Source: Hemiscyllium ocellatum (lineage: Eukaryota). Taken from it: a stretch of DNA of 64,000 nucleotides. Below, in pieces: positions 36,481-49,199 of the stretch (within the stretch, counting starts at the first letter, position 1; every line of letters starts with the position of its first letter). Location of the stretch: the NCBI RefSeq assembly GCF_020745735.1, contig NW_026867451.1, positions 310,001 to 374,000 on the forward strand. Direction: 5' to 3'. A program made the translations under genes and the position numbers. Under the pieces are notes generated by a model. The model saw only the letters and a program-made list of their open reading frames with translations. It was not told where the DNA came from and searched no databases.

Positions 36481-36983
36481 GAATCTCTCTGGTCTAAGGA
36501 AAACGAACCAATCTTTCCAGTCGCTCTTCAGAACTGAAACTCTCCAGCTCAGACAATATCTTTCCAAGTCTTGAGTGCTAACACATCCCTCCTTAAATGG
36601 GGATTCCAGAAATGCAGACAACAAGCTAGCTGTCCCCTAGCCAATGTTTTCGATAGTTCTAACAGAACTTCCCAGCTCAAACTCTGTGCTTAACAAGGAA
36701 AGGCGAGTTTATCACCTGCCCTGGTGTTTAAGTGACTGGGGGACATGCACAACAAGGTTCCTCTGATCTTCAGTGCTTCCCAGGGTCCTATAGTTCATCA
36801 CGTATTCCCTTACCATGATTGCCCTCCTATGATCTAAGCCCATCTTCCTCACTGTTTGCCACCACACTGGTTTTCATATCATCCGTGAACTCACTGATCA
36901 ATCCTCCAACTTTCAAGTGAAAGTTATTTCAATAAACCTAGAAACTGCGAGGTCCCAATACTGGCCTCTGCAAGATCCCACTG

Positions 36984-39431
36984 GGAGAAAGTGAGGACTG
37001 CAGGTGCTGGAGATCAGAGCTGAAAATCTGTTGCTGGAAAAGCGCAGTAGGTCAGGCAGCATCCAAGGAGCAGGAGAGTCGACGTTTCGGGCATGAGCCC
37101 TTCTTCAGGAATGAGGAAAGTGTGTCCATCAGGCTAAGATAAAAGGTAGGGAGGAGGGACTTGGGGGAGGTGCATTGGAAATGCGATAGGTGGAAGGATG
37201 TCAAGGTGAGGGTGTTAGGCCAGAGTGGGGGTGGTGGCGGAGAGGTCAGGAAGAAGATTGCAGGTTAGGAAGGCAGTGCTGAGTTCGAGGGATTTGACTG
37301 AGACAAGGTGGGGGGAGGGGAAATGAGGAAACTGGAGAAATCTAGGTTCATCCATTGTGGTTGGAGGGTTCCTAGGCGGAAGATTAGGCGTACTCCCTCC
37401 AGCCGTCGTGTTGCTATGGCCTGGCGATCGAGGAGTCCAAGGATCTGCATGTCCTCGGTGGAGTGGGAGAGGGTGTTGAAGCGTTGAGCCACGGTGTGGT
37501 TGGGTTCGTTGGTCTGGGTGTCCCAGAGGTGTTCTCTGAAACGATCCGCAAGTAGGCTGCCTGTCTTCCTAATATAGAGGAGGCCCCATTGGGTGCAGCA
37601 GATGCAGTAAATGATGTGTGTGGAGGTGCAGGTGAATTTGTGGTGGATATGGATGGATCCCTTGGGCCTTGGAAGGAAGTAAGGGGGGAGGCAATTTTGC
37701 ATCTCTTGCAGTTGCAGGGGAAGGTGCCGGGAGTGGAGGTTGGGTTGGTGGGGGGTGTGGACCTGACGAGGGAGTCACGGAGGGAATGGTCTTTTTAGAA
37801 TGCTGATAGGGGAGGGGAGGGAAATATATCTCTGGTGGTGGGGTCCGTTTGGAGGTGGTGGAAATGACGATGGATGATACGATGTATATGGAGATTGGTG
37901 GGGTGGTAGGTGAGGACCAGTGGGGTTCTGTCCTGGTGGTGATTGGAGGGGCGGGGCTCAAGGGCGGAGGAGCAGGAAGTGGAGGAGATGGGGTGGAGGT
38001 CATATTCGATCACGTCTGAGGAGATATTGCGGTCTTTGAAGAAGGAGGCCATCTGGGTTGTACAGTATTGGAACTGGTCCTCCTGGGAACAGATGCGGCG
38101 GAGACGAAGGAATTGGGAATATGGGATGGAGTTTTTACAGGGAGCAGGGTGGGAGGAGGCGTAGTCTAGGTAGTTGTGGGAGTCGGTCGGTTTATAGTAA
38201 ATGTCCGCATTGATTCGGTTGCCTGAGATAGAAAGGGAAAGGTCTAGGAAGGGGAGGGAGGTGTCTGAGATGGTCCAGGTAAATTTGAGGTCGGGGTGGA
38301 AGGTGTTGGTAAAGCGGATGAACTGTTCAACCTGCCTCCACGAGGCAGCGCCGATACAGTCATCGATGTAGCGGAGGAAAAGGTGGGGGGTGGTGCCAGT
38401 GTAGTTGTGGAAGATGGACTGTTCCACATATCCATGAAGAGGCAGGCATAGCTGGGGCCCATGCAGGTGCCCATGGCTACTCCTTTGGTTTGGAGGAAGT
38501 GGGAGTGTTGGAAAGAGAAGTTGTTCAGGGTGAGGACCAGTTCAGTCAGTCGAAGGAGGGTGTCAGTGGAAGGGTACTGGCTGGTCCGGCGGGAAAGGAA
38601 GAAGCGGAGGGCTTTGAGTCCTTCATGATGGGGGATGGAGGTGTACAGGGACTGGATGTCCATGGTGAAGATAAGGCGTTGGGGACCGGGGAAGCGAAAA
38701 TCATAGAGGAGGTGGAGGTCGTGGGTGGTGTCCCAAACGTAGGTGGGGAGTTCTTGGACTAAGGGGGACAGGACGATGTCGAGGTATGCAGAGATGAGTT
38801 CTCTGGGGCAGGAGCAGGCTGAGACAATGGGTCAACCGGGGCTGTCAGGTTTGTGGATTTTGGGCAGGAGGTAGAAACGGGCGGTGTGAGGTTGTGGGAC
38901 TTGAGTTTGGAGACGATGGATGGGAGATCCCCTGAGGTGATGAGGTTATGGATAGTCTGGGAGATGATGGTTTGGTGGTTGGAGGTGGGGTCATGGTCAA
39001 GGGGGCAGTAAGAGGAGGTGTCCGCGAGCTGGCGTTTAACCTCAGCGGTGTAAAGGTCGGTGCGCCAAACTACTACCGCGCCTCCCTTGTCTGCCGATTT
39101 GATGGTGAGGTTATGGTTGGAGGGGAGGGAGTGGAGTGCTGCACGTTCTGAGGGTGAGAGTTTGGAGTGGGTGAGAGGGATGGAGAGGTTGAGGCGGTTA
39201 ATATCGCGGCGGCAGTTGGCTATGAAGTGATTGAGGGCAGGTAAGAGGCCAGCACAGGGTGTCCAGGTGGATGGGGTGTGTTGGAGGTGGGAGAAGGGGT
39301 CGTCATAGGGTGGGCGAGAATCCTGGTTGAAGAAGTAGACACGGAGGCGAAGGCGGCGGAAGAATTGTTCGATGTCTCGCCGCGTGTTGAACTCGTTCAT
39401 CCGAGAGCGTAGGGGAATGAAGGTGAGGCCT
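36984..39431 (-). mobile_element. Penelope-like retroelement (RT + GIY-YIG endonuclease, frameshifted) with terminal hammerhead
   Basis: ORF pieces TIKSADKGGAVVVW, MDIQSLYTSIPH, QTKGVAMGT.MGPSYACLF, RYIDDCIG, FLDL..., YKPTD, and GIY-YIG-like FTCTSTHIIYCICC..LYI..TG..LADRFREHL. Hammerhead motif on the minus strand at 37081-37108. Confidence 0.92.
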
Positions 39432-39789
39432 TGTACAGCTTGGGGAAGGTAGAAAGGGACAGTGGTAGCATCTTTACCTCTGAGCTAGGAGATTCAGTTT
39501 CAAGTCCCACCTGGTCTAGTGGAATACCATCCCGTCACTGAACAGGTTGGTTGAGAAACTATCTCCAAGGTGTTTTCTCCTCTCTGAAATCCTGAATAGA
39601 CATTCCAACAATACCTCTGCACCTGAATGGCACTATCTCTTCTCAATCTAATCTTTCTTCCTTCCATCCGAACCTCTTTTGGGAGATTTGCAGCATTCAC
39701 TTTACCCCAGGGAAGTGAGTTTTGCAGCTTTTAAAAACTTTTATGTTTGTGTCTTCGCTGAAACAGCAGCAGGAATTTATCTTCTTGGA

Positions 39790-39790
<1 letters not shown>

Positions 39791-39827
<37 letters not shown>
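39791..39827 (+). repeat. (CA)18 microsatellite
   Basis: Direct inspection. Confidence 0.97.
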
Positions 39828-39829
<2 letters not shown>

Positions 39830-40370
39830 AACCCTGATCTCGGATGATGACCTCTGCAGGGAGACAGACATCAACTGCAAATAACCTCTTGGATCTTCCT
39901 GTACATTGACAGCATTGGTCTGTTTGGGTGCCTGCTTTTCTAAACCTTGTCCAAGCAACAAATGATGATAGATTCATAACAGTTTTCCTCCAATCCATGT
40001 TTAAGGCATGTGTTTGTGTTATTTTTCACTGAGTGCTGATATAATCTTCTAAAATGGGGAGTGGCTTCCATCTCAGATGACCACACCAGCGTGCCTTGGG
40101 GACCCTGAGGAAATGATTAGGGAAGTGTATCTGTACCATTCCACCTTCTGCACCCTGTACTGCCAGATAGTGCTCCCTCAGTATCTCAGAAAGCACCTCC
40201 TCTGTATGTTTATCGACAGAACATTCATACCCTCAACACCTCAGAAAACAAACCTGTTACCCCCTTGGACCGTGTTCATCCCCAAACCTGTTCTCACTGT
40301 GGTGACCCACAGCCACCCCCAAGAGTGGAGCCCAGGGCCCAGAACATTATTTGGGTCTCTGGATTGGTTA

Positions 40371-40633
40371 TAGAATGTGGAAGCAGGCCATTCGGCCTAT
40401 CAGGTTCACACTGACCTTCGGCAGAGCATCCCATCCCCCTTACTCTATCCCTGGATTCCTTCATCCCCTCTGTCTAATCCACCGAGCCTGCACATCTTTG
40501 GACAGTGGGAGGGAACTGAAGCACCCGGAGGCTGACACGGGGAGAATGTGCAAACTCCACACAGACAGTCGCCCGAGGCTGGAATCGAACCCGGGTGGGG
40601 TGAGGCAACAGAGCTAACCACAGAGCCCCTGTG
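40371..40633 (-). mobile_element. HE1-like SINE (diverged)
   Basis: Colinear with other SINE copies. Confidence 0.7.
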
Positions 40634-41043
40634 ACAATCCCACTATTTCCGCCCCATTGATGGCCGTTTGATGTCTATACCCGGGGAGTATCTAACTTGT
40701 CTAGCGTTTATTTAAGAAAGATTAGGGAAAAGGACAATGCCTCCACAAGCTCAAGATGCTTGGTCCCCCTCTAAAAAATATTTATATGAGTTTCAAACAG
40801 AGACTTTATTCACAAAAAAATGATGTACAAACATAGTAACTAAAGTTCGGTTCTGTACAGTCTTTACAACAAGTCTTTATGATGACATATATACTTCTCT
40901 TGGCTGATTAACTGAAATGTTAGATCTGAGCTGTTCCTTCTTAATTAACATCATAAAGTTACATTGATAAGGATCTTTGTGAAGTGCCGTAAATCTTTAT
41001 CTGTTCCCCCATGCACCCGCGCCCTCCAAATACAATGCCTTAC

Positions 41044-41247
41044 AAAGGCTTAAACCTGAGCTGAAAATGTGTTGCTGGAAAAGTGCAGCAGGTCAGGCAG
41101 CATCCAAGGAGCAGGAGAATTGACAGAAACATCGATTCTCCTGCTCCTTGGATGCTGCCTGACCTGCTGCGCTTTTCCAGCAACACATTTTCAGCTCTGA
41201 TCTCCAACATCTGCAGTCCTCACTTTCTCCTAAAAGCCTTAAACCTG
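41044..41247. mobile_element. Palindromic family A element with 15-bp TSD (central hammerhead deleted)
   Basis: AAAG(G/C)CTTAAACCTG at 41044-41058 and 41233-41247, with inverted arms between. Confidence 0.8.
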
Positions 41248-42639
41248 TTTGTCAACTTTCAACAGAAGCAACCTCAGGGCATGAACACAGACTGAGTTGC
41301 TCAGTGACACATGATTGATTGGGTCAGATCAAATTCTCAAGCAAACACCCGCACAGATTGCTGGGGAAATTAGAACATAGAACATAGAACAATACAGCAC
41401 AGAACAGGCCCTTCGGCCCACGATGTTGTGCCGAACATCTATCCTAGATTAAGCACCCATCCATGTACCTATCCAAATTCAGCAGATCAGACAGCAACGG
41501 TGAAGAGAGAGAGAGGAACAATTCACATTTCAAGTGACCCTTCCTCAAAACGGTCTGTTCTGAAGGAACTTTTCCGCAGAAATCACTGGATTGAAAGGTG
41601 AACTCTCTCTGTCTCTCCCTTCACAGATGCTGCCGGACATGCTTAGCTTCTTCAGCAATCTCTGTATTGATGGTTCAGGTTTCCAGCGCGTCTGTAAAAG
41701 TTGATTTTAGTGTCGAATTCCCAAGCTTGCTCTATTATAGGGATTGGATTCCTCTGATACAGAGTTGGGGGGGGGGGTCTCAGTTCCCTCAGCTAACTGG
41801 TTCGTGATGCCAACATTGTTGGCTCAATTTCTATCATGTCTGAAATTACCATCAAGGCCCCAACTTCTCCACCTCGCCCCTCCCCTGAGGTGTGTAACCC
41901 ACCAGTCCTCTCTCTCTGACAAGACAGCAGCTCCCGGGTCCTCCTGGTCTATAATAAATTCCCAACATTAAAAAGGCACTCCAGTAAGAGAGCTCTTTAC
42001 ATGGTTCAGATCAAAATCCTGGAGTTCACTCCCTAACATCCACGTGGGACACCAAGGGCTCTCGCAGGAGAATACAGCTCACCCCCACCATCCAGGCAAC
42101 TGGATGGTGTGGTAATCTCATGCAAGTGAAATTTGCAAGTAACCTTTATTACAAGGTCACGGTGGATGGTCACTGAGACTGTTTCTTTACCTCTGTTCAA
42201 ATCAGCGTAACGGAGAACCAAAGGATGGGGTGAAAATGACAGTGATAGCATTTTGTTGGTTGGTGTCTGTTTGAGATTGCATCGTCTCTATGAATGTTTG
42301 AACACTTATTCAAGGGCATGCAGTTAGCTGCCAGAGGATATGGTGGGGGCTGGTACAATTGCGACATTTAAAAGGCATCAGGATGAGTATGTGAATAGGA
42401 AGGGTTTAGAGGGATATCAGCCAAGTGTTAGCAAATGGAACTAAATTAAGTTGGATATCTGGTTGGCATGAATAAGTTGGGCCGAAGGGCCTGTTTCCAT
42501 GCTGTGCATCTCTCTGAATAGACTGTTGCAAAGTTTCAGACAGGGCTTGGATTGTGTGTCTCTGTCATACTTTCTCAGAATCTGCAAACGCAATGTCTCC
42601 ATATTTCCACAAAACATTAAGAAAGAGAAAAAAAAAGGT

Positions 42640-44730
42640 CAGTACTGAGGGAGTGCCACACTGTTGGAGGGTTAGTGTTGCACTGTCAGAGGATCTGTAC
42701 TGAAGAAAAGCTGCACTGTCAGATTGTCAATACTGAAGGATTGCTGTACTGTCAGAGGGTCAATTAGGATGGAGTGCTGCACTGTCAGAGGGTCAGTACT
42801 GAGGGAGTGCTGCACTGTCAGAGGGTCAGTACTGAGGGAGTGCTGCACTGTCAGAGGGTCAGTACTGAGGGAAAGTTGCACTGTCAGAGGGTCAGTGCTG
42901 AGGGAGTGCTGCACTGTCAGAATGTCAGTACCGAGTGATGCTGTACTGTCAGGGAGTGAGTGCTTAGGCAGTGCTGCACTGTGAGAGGGTCTGTAATGAG
43001 GGAGTGTTGCACTGTCAGAAGTTCATCATGCAGTGAGCACTCCACTGTCAGAGGGTCATTACTGAGGGAGTGCCACTCTGTGGAGAGTGAGTACTAAGTT
43101 AATGTTGCAGTCGGAGGATCAGTAAATAGGCAAACCTGCACTATCAGAGGATCAGTACTAGGGGGCGCAACACTGCCGGACCTTCAGTACTGAGGGAGTG
43201 CTGCACTGTCAAAGGGTCAGAGCAAAATGAGTGCTGCACTGTTGCAAGGTCATTACTGTGGGAGCACAACATTATCAGAGCATAAGTACTGAGGGAGCAC
43301 TAAATTGTCAGAAGAACAGTATTGAGAGAATGCCACCCTGTCAGAGGTGCTGTAGTGAGGAAGTGCTGCATTATCAGAGGGTCAGTATTGAGGGAGCACT
43401 ATTGAGGGAATGCCACCCTGTCAGAGGTTCTGTAGTGAGGGAGTGCGACACTGTCAAAGGGTCAGTACAGAGGGAGTGCAATACTGTCAAGGGTCAGTGC
43501 TGAGGAGGCGCTGCACTGTCAGAGGGACAGTACTGAGGGAGCACTGTACCGTCAAAAGTCAGTACTGAGGGAGTGCTGCACTGTCAGAGGGTCAGTACTG
43601 AGGGAGCGCTGCACCGTCAAAGGTCAGTACTGAGGGAATGCTGCACTGTCAGAGGGTCAGTACTGAGGGAGCACTGCACCGTCAAAGGTCAGTACTGAGG
43701 ATGTGCTGCACTGTCAGAGGGTCAGTACTGAGGGAGTGCTGCACTGTCAAAGGTGCAGGACAGAGGGTGTTGTTGCACTGTCGGTGTCAGTACTGATGGA
43801 ATGCGGCACTGTTGGAGTGTCAGCACTGAGGGATAGCCGCACTGTCAGGAGTTTAGTACTGAGGGAGGGCCGCACTGTTGGAGTGTCATCACTGACGAAG
43901 GGCTGCACTGTCAGGAGTTTAGTACTGAGGGAGGGCCGCACTGTCAGGAGTTTAGTACTGAGGGAGGGCCGCACTGTCAGGAGTTTAGTACTTTTTTTTT
44001 AGGTTACTTACAGTGTGGAAACAGGCCCTTCGGCCCAACAAGTCCACACCGACTTGCCGAAGCGCAACCCACCCATACCGCTACATTTACCCTTTACCTA
44101 ACACTACGGGCAATTTAGCGTGGCCAATTCACCTGACCCACACATCTTTGGACTGTGGGAGGAAACCGGAGCACCCGGAGGAAACCCACGCAGACACGGG
44201 GAGAACTTGCAAACTCCACACAGTTAGTCGCCTGAGTCAGGAATTGAACCCGGGTCTCAGGCGCTGTGAGGCAACAGTGCTGACCACTGTGCCACCGTGC
44301 CGCCCACCGTGCCACCGTGCCGCCTGAGGGAGGGCTGCACTGTCAGGAGTTTAGTACTGAGGGAGGGGCGATCTGTCAGGAATTTAGTTCTGAGGGAGGG
44401 CTGCACTGTCAGAGGGTCAGTACTGAGGGAAAGTTGCACTGTCAGAGGGTCAGTGCTGAGGGAGTGCTGCACTGTCAGAATGTCAGTACCGAGGGAGTGC
44501 TGTACTGTCAGGGAGTGAGTGCTTAGGCAGTGCTGCACTGTGAGAGGGTCTGTAATGAGGGAGTGTTGCACTGTCAGAAGGTCATCATGCAGTGAGCACT
44601 CCACTGTCAGAGGGTCATTACTGAGGGAGTGCCACTCTGTGGAGAGTGAGTACTAAGTTAATGTTGCAGTCGGAGGATCAGTAAATAGGCAAACCTGCAC
44701 TATCAGAGGATCAGTACTGGGGGGGCGCAC
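42640..44730. repeat. 33-bp satellite array interrupted by a SINE
   Basis: Unit gagggagtgctgcactgtcagagggtcagtact repeated with variants. Confidence 0.93.
43993..44316 (-). mobile_element. Young HE1-like SINE inserted in the satellite
   Basis: Near-identical to the 2225-2549 copy. It splits a satellite unit at agtac(t)|tgaggg and its 5' head sequence is duplicated. Confidence 0.9.
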
Positions 44731-46219
44731 CAATGCCCTATACAGCTACAACATGACATCCTAACTCCTATACTCAGTGACAGAATCCCTACAGCATTGA
44801 AAGAGGCCATTCAGCCCATGAGATCTTACTAACCTTTGAACAGCTTCCATGTAACCATGCACTTCCCACAGCTAACCCACCTAATGCACACATCTTTGGA
44901 TTGTGGGAGGAAATCAGAGCACCCAGAGGAAGCCCACGCAGATACAAACAGGGCGAGTGTGCAAACACCACACAGAGACTGGAATCGAACCAGAGTCCCT
45001 TTACTGAACAGTGCACTGACCAATAAAGGTCAGTGTCCCAAATACCACGTTCAACACCTGATCTCCCCGAAACAATGCAGTTGTTCTGAGCCCTTCAGAG
45101 GGATTGCAGGGGACCGGGAGAAAACAGGAACAGAGTTGAGGTATAGATCTATAAAATAACTCTCCATCCTGCCTCTCCCACTCTGTTGCCCCCTGTCTGC
45201 TCCCCCCCACCATGTTCCCCATAGCCCCCCTCGCTGTCTGCCTCCTCAGACCACCTTCCCCCCTCTGTCCCCCTGCCCCCTCTGACTGCCCCGTCCAGCC
45301 TCTCTGTCCATCTCCTCACTCTACAACATGACCTCCTAACTCCTATACTCAGTGACAGAATCCCTACAGCATTCAAAGAGGTCATTCACCCCTCACCCCC
45401 CGTTCCCCCACCCTCCATGTCCCCTAGTTCTGAACTTCCCACCACAGGAAAAGACCTTGTCTATTTCCCCTATCCATGCCCCTCCTGATTTTATAAATCT
45501 CTGTAAGGTCACCCATCAGCCTCTGATGCTCCAGGGAAAACAGTCTATTCAGCTTCTTCCTGGAGCTCAAATCCTCCAACCCTGGTAACATCCTCACAAT
45601 TATTTTCTGACCCCTTTCCATTTGGAGAATATGGTTTTGTTAGGAGACCAGAGTTGCATGGAACATTACAAAAGTTGCCTAACCAATGTCCTGTGCAGCT
45701 GCAATATGACCTCCCGATCCCTACGCTCAACTCTCTGACCAATAAAGGAAAGCATACCAAAACCAAAACAACTGCAGATGCTATAAACCATTAAAAAAAA
45801 AGAAGTTTCTGGAAAAGCTTGGCATATATGTAGCATCTGTGAAGAGAAATTTGAGTTAACGTTTCTGAGAAAGAGTGACCGGACCCGAAACATCAGCTGA
45901 TTTTTCTTGACAGATGCTGCATGGCCTGCTGAGCATTTCCAACAACATCTGGGCAAGTTTAAAGGGAGTTGTGTCAGGCAGGTTTCTTGTGCAGAAGGTG
46001 GTAAGTGATTACAACATACTCTCCTGGGAGAAGGTGAAAGCAGAAACAATCACAACGTTCAAGAGTCATTTGGGCAGACACATAAGCAGGCAAGGGTTGG
46101 CAGGGATATGGATCATATACAGGCAGATGGAATTCGTTTGGAATTGCATTATGATCCGCACAGACATAGTGGGCCAATTATTCGGGTGCTGTACTGTTGT
46201 TTTCTGTGGTTAGAATTTT

Positions 46220-47115
46220 TTTTTGGAAGAAGTAACAAAGAGGATTGATGAGGGCAGGACGGTGGACATGATCTACATGGACTTCAGTAAGGCTTTCGGC
46301 AAGGTTCCCATGGGTTAACAAGGTCATAGAATACAGGGAGAACTAGCCATTTGGATACAGAACTGACTCAAAGGTAGAAAGCAGAGGGTGGTGGTGGAGG
46401 GTTGCTTTTCAGACTGCAGGCCTGGAGTGTCACAAGGATCAGTGCTGGGTCCAGTCCTTCTCGTCATTTATATAAGAGATTGGGATGTGAACATAGGAGG
46501 TGTTAGTAATTTTGCACATGACACCAATATTGGAGGCGTAGTGGACAGTGAAAAAGCTGACCTCAGAATACAATGGGACATTAATCTGATAGGCAAACAG
46601 GCTGAGGAGTGGCAGATGGAGTTTAGTTTAGAAAAATGTGTGGTGCTGCATTTTGGAAATGCAAATCTTAGCAGGTCTTATACACTTAATGCTAAGGTCC
46701 TCGGGAGCATTGTTGAACAAAGAGACCTTGGAGTGCAGTTCATAGCTCCTTGAAAGTGGAGTCACAGTTAGATAGGATAGTGAAGAGGCCTTTTAGTATG
46801 CTTTCCTTTAATGGTCAGAGCATTGAGTATAGGAGTTGGGAGGTCATGTTGAGGCTGCAAAGGACGTTAGTTAGACCACATTTGGAATATTGCATGCAAT
46901 TCTGGTCTCCTTCCTATCCATACAATATTGTGAAACTTGAAAGGGTTCAGAAAACGATTACACGAATGTTACCAGGATTGGAGTATTTGAGATATAGGGA
47001 GAGGTTGAATAGGCTGTTTTTCCTGGAGCGTCAGAGGCTGAGGGGTGACCTTTTAGGAGGTTTATAAAATCAGGAGGGGCAGGGATAGGGTTAATAGACA
47101 AGGTCTTTTCCCTGC
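46220..47115 (+). mobile_element. CR1-type LINE RT to 3' fragment
   Basis: YMDFSKAFGKVP, GVSQGSVLGPVLLVIYI.D, FAHDT.IGG.VD, WQMEF...KC.VLHFG, LVRPHLEYC.QFWSP. Confidence 0.88.
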
Positions 47116-47429
47116 AATGTTGGGGTGGGGGATGGGGGAAAGAGTCGGGGGGGAGGAAGACAGTTATTTTATACATCTACAACTCAACCGTGTTTTCTCC
47201 CCATCCCCTCAATCCCTCTGAAGGGCTCAGAACAATTGCATAGTTCCTTGGAAGTGGAGTTTCAGGGAGATCAGGTGCTGAAGGTTGCATTTGGGACGCT
47301 GACCTGTATTGGTCAGTGCACTGATCAACAAGAGGACCCAGATTCGATTCCACTCTCTGTGTGGTGATTGCACATTCTCCCTGTGTGTGTTTGTGTGGGC
47401 TTCCATTCCGTGCCTGTTTTCATTCCAGA

Positions 47430-47765
47430 CACTACTATTATAGGACAAGTCAAACAGAGAACAGCCAAGGAATTCCTAGAGGCATAGCACTCATTCACAG
47501 ATTCAATCAATAAGCACATCGATCTGGACCCAGTATACTGGCCACTGCAATGGACAGCTGGAACTGACAACCGGAAACGACAGATTCAAACCACTACAAA
47601 TGTCGAAGGAAAGATCACAGAAGCACTTCACAGGAGGCTCCCAAGCACTGAGGATGTCACCTAGACAGGGGACAAAACGTCTGCAACACAAATTCCCAGC
47701 TCTGCGAACAGAACCACAACAACGAGCACCCGAGCTACAAATCTTCTCACAAACTTTGAATTCCA
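47430..47765 (+). mobile_element. 3' end of a second Penelope-like family (family C) with hammerhead-like motif
   Basis: IIGQVKQRTAKEFLEA*HS..SINKHIDLDP.Y.PL C-terminal remnant. GCA-CTGAGGA-T-GTC...GAC-AAAA-CGTC-TGC at 47645-47684. Confidence 0.65.
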
Positions 47766-49199
47766 GACACCTCTATGACTCTGTTTTGCTAAACTTGAAG
47801 GGTTTCGGAAAATATCTACAAGGTTATTGTTAGGGCTGTGGAGTTAAAGGGTGAGGATGAATAGGCTGGGGCTTTTCCCCTGGAGCGTCAGAGACTGAGG
47901 GGTTACCTTATTAGAGGAGCAGAGACAGGGTGAATAGTCAAGGACTTTGTTTCCACCCAGTGTCGGGGAGTTCAAAACTAGAGGGCATTGGGTTTAAGGT
48001 GAGAGGGGAAAGAGTGAAAAGAGATCTGAGGGACAAACATTTCACTCGCAGGTTGCTGTGTGTATGGAATGAGCTGCCAGAGGAGTAATGAATGCATGGA
48101 GAGTTACAACATTTAAAAGGCGTCTGGAGAGATACATGAATAGAAAGTGTTTAGAGTGGTATAGGCCAACTCTCCCAAATGGGACTGGATCAGTTTCGGA
48201 TATCTGATAGAGGTGGATGAGTTGGACTGAAGGGTCTGTTTCATGCTGTATAACTCTCTGACTCAAAGTGCTTCAGCAAAATGGTGGAAATCTACAATAA
48301 AAACAAAACGTGCTGGAGATCCTCAGCAGGTCGGGCAGCATCTGAAATGGTGACAGATGCAGGAAACATTGCAGCCTTGAATAAGTGTTTAGATGGTAAC
48401 ATCAGGCATGTGTGCTTGATGACCAATATGGAGATTTGGGGGCATTGTGTTCAACAGTTTTATACCAGAGACTCTGACCCCATTTTATTCTGTATTTCTC
48501 TGTAATTCCCTCTTTTCGGAAGCAGGCAGGATTGGGAAGCAGTGGATAAATGAAATGATGTGTGACCTTCCTAGTGAGAGGATTCGAGTACAGGAGCAGG
48601 GATCCTTTTCTGGTAGGGCCTTGGTGAGACCACACCTGGAGTACTGTGTGTACCTTTGTTCACGTTTCCCAAGGAAGGCTCTCCTGGTTATTGAGAGAGA
48701 GTAAAGGAGGGTCATCAGACTGAGTCCTGGGATGTGGAGAGAGTTAAGGACTGGGGCAACTGGAAATCAGAGTTTAGATCTGGGGAAGGGCAGCAGGTCA
48801 GGCAGCATCAGACGAGCAGGAAAGTTAACGTTTTTGATCAGGACCCTTTGTCAGTTCTCATGAATAGTCCTGACCTGAAACGTCAACTTTCCAGCAACAA
48901 GCGTATTCAAGCTGGTCATCAAGCACCTATTTATTCTAGTCCCACGTTCTGGCACTCAGCGTGTAACCGATATTGTAGTGCCTGGTGTGATCATCTAAAC
49001 ACTTCTTCAAGGCTGCAATGTTTCCTGCATCTGTCACCATTTCAGATGCTGCCCGACCTGCTGAGGATCTCCAGCACTTTTTGTTTTTATTGCAGATTTC
49101 CACCATTTTGCTGAAACACTTCGAGACAGAGAGCGGTACAGCTCCAGATTTTGTTGACTCTGATTCCTGGGATAGCAGGACTGATGGATGAAGAGGGAC

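Noticed and set aside
36984-39431. Possible active autonomous Penelope element
   Set aside because: RT and endonuclease are split over several frames with stops, and the N-terminus is missing.
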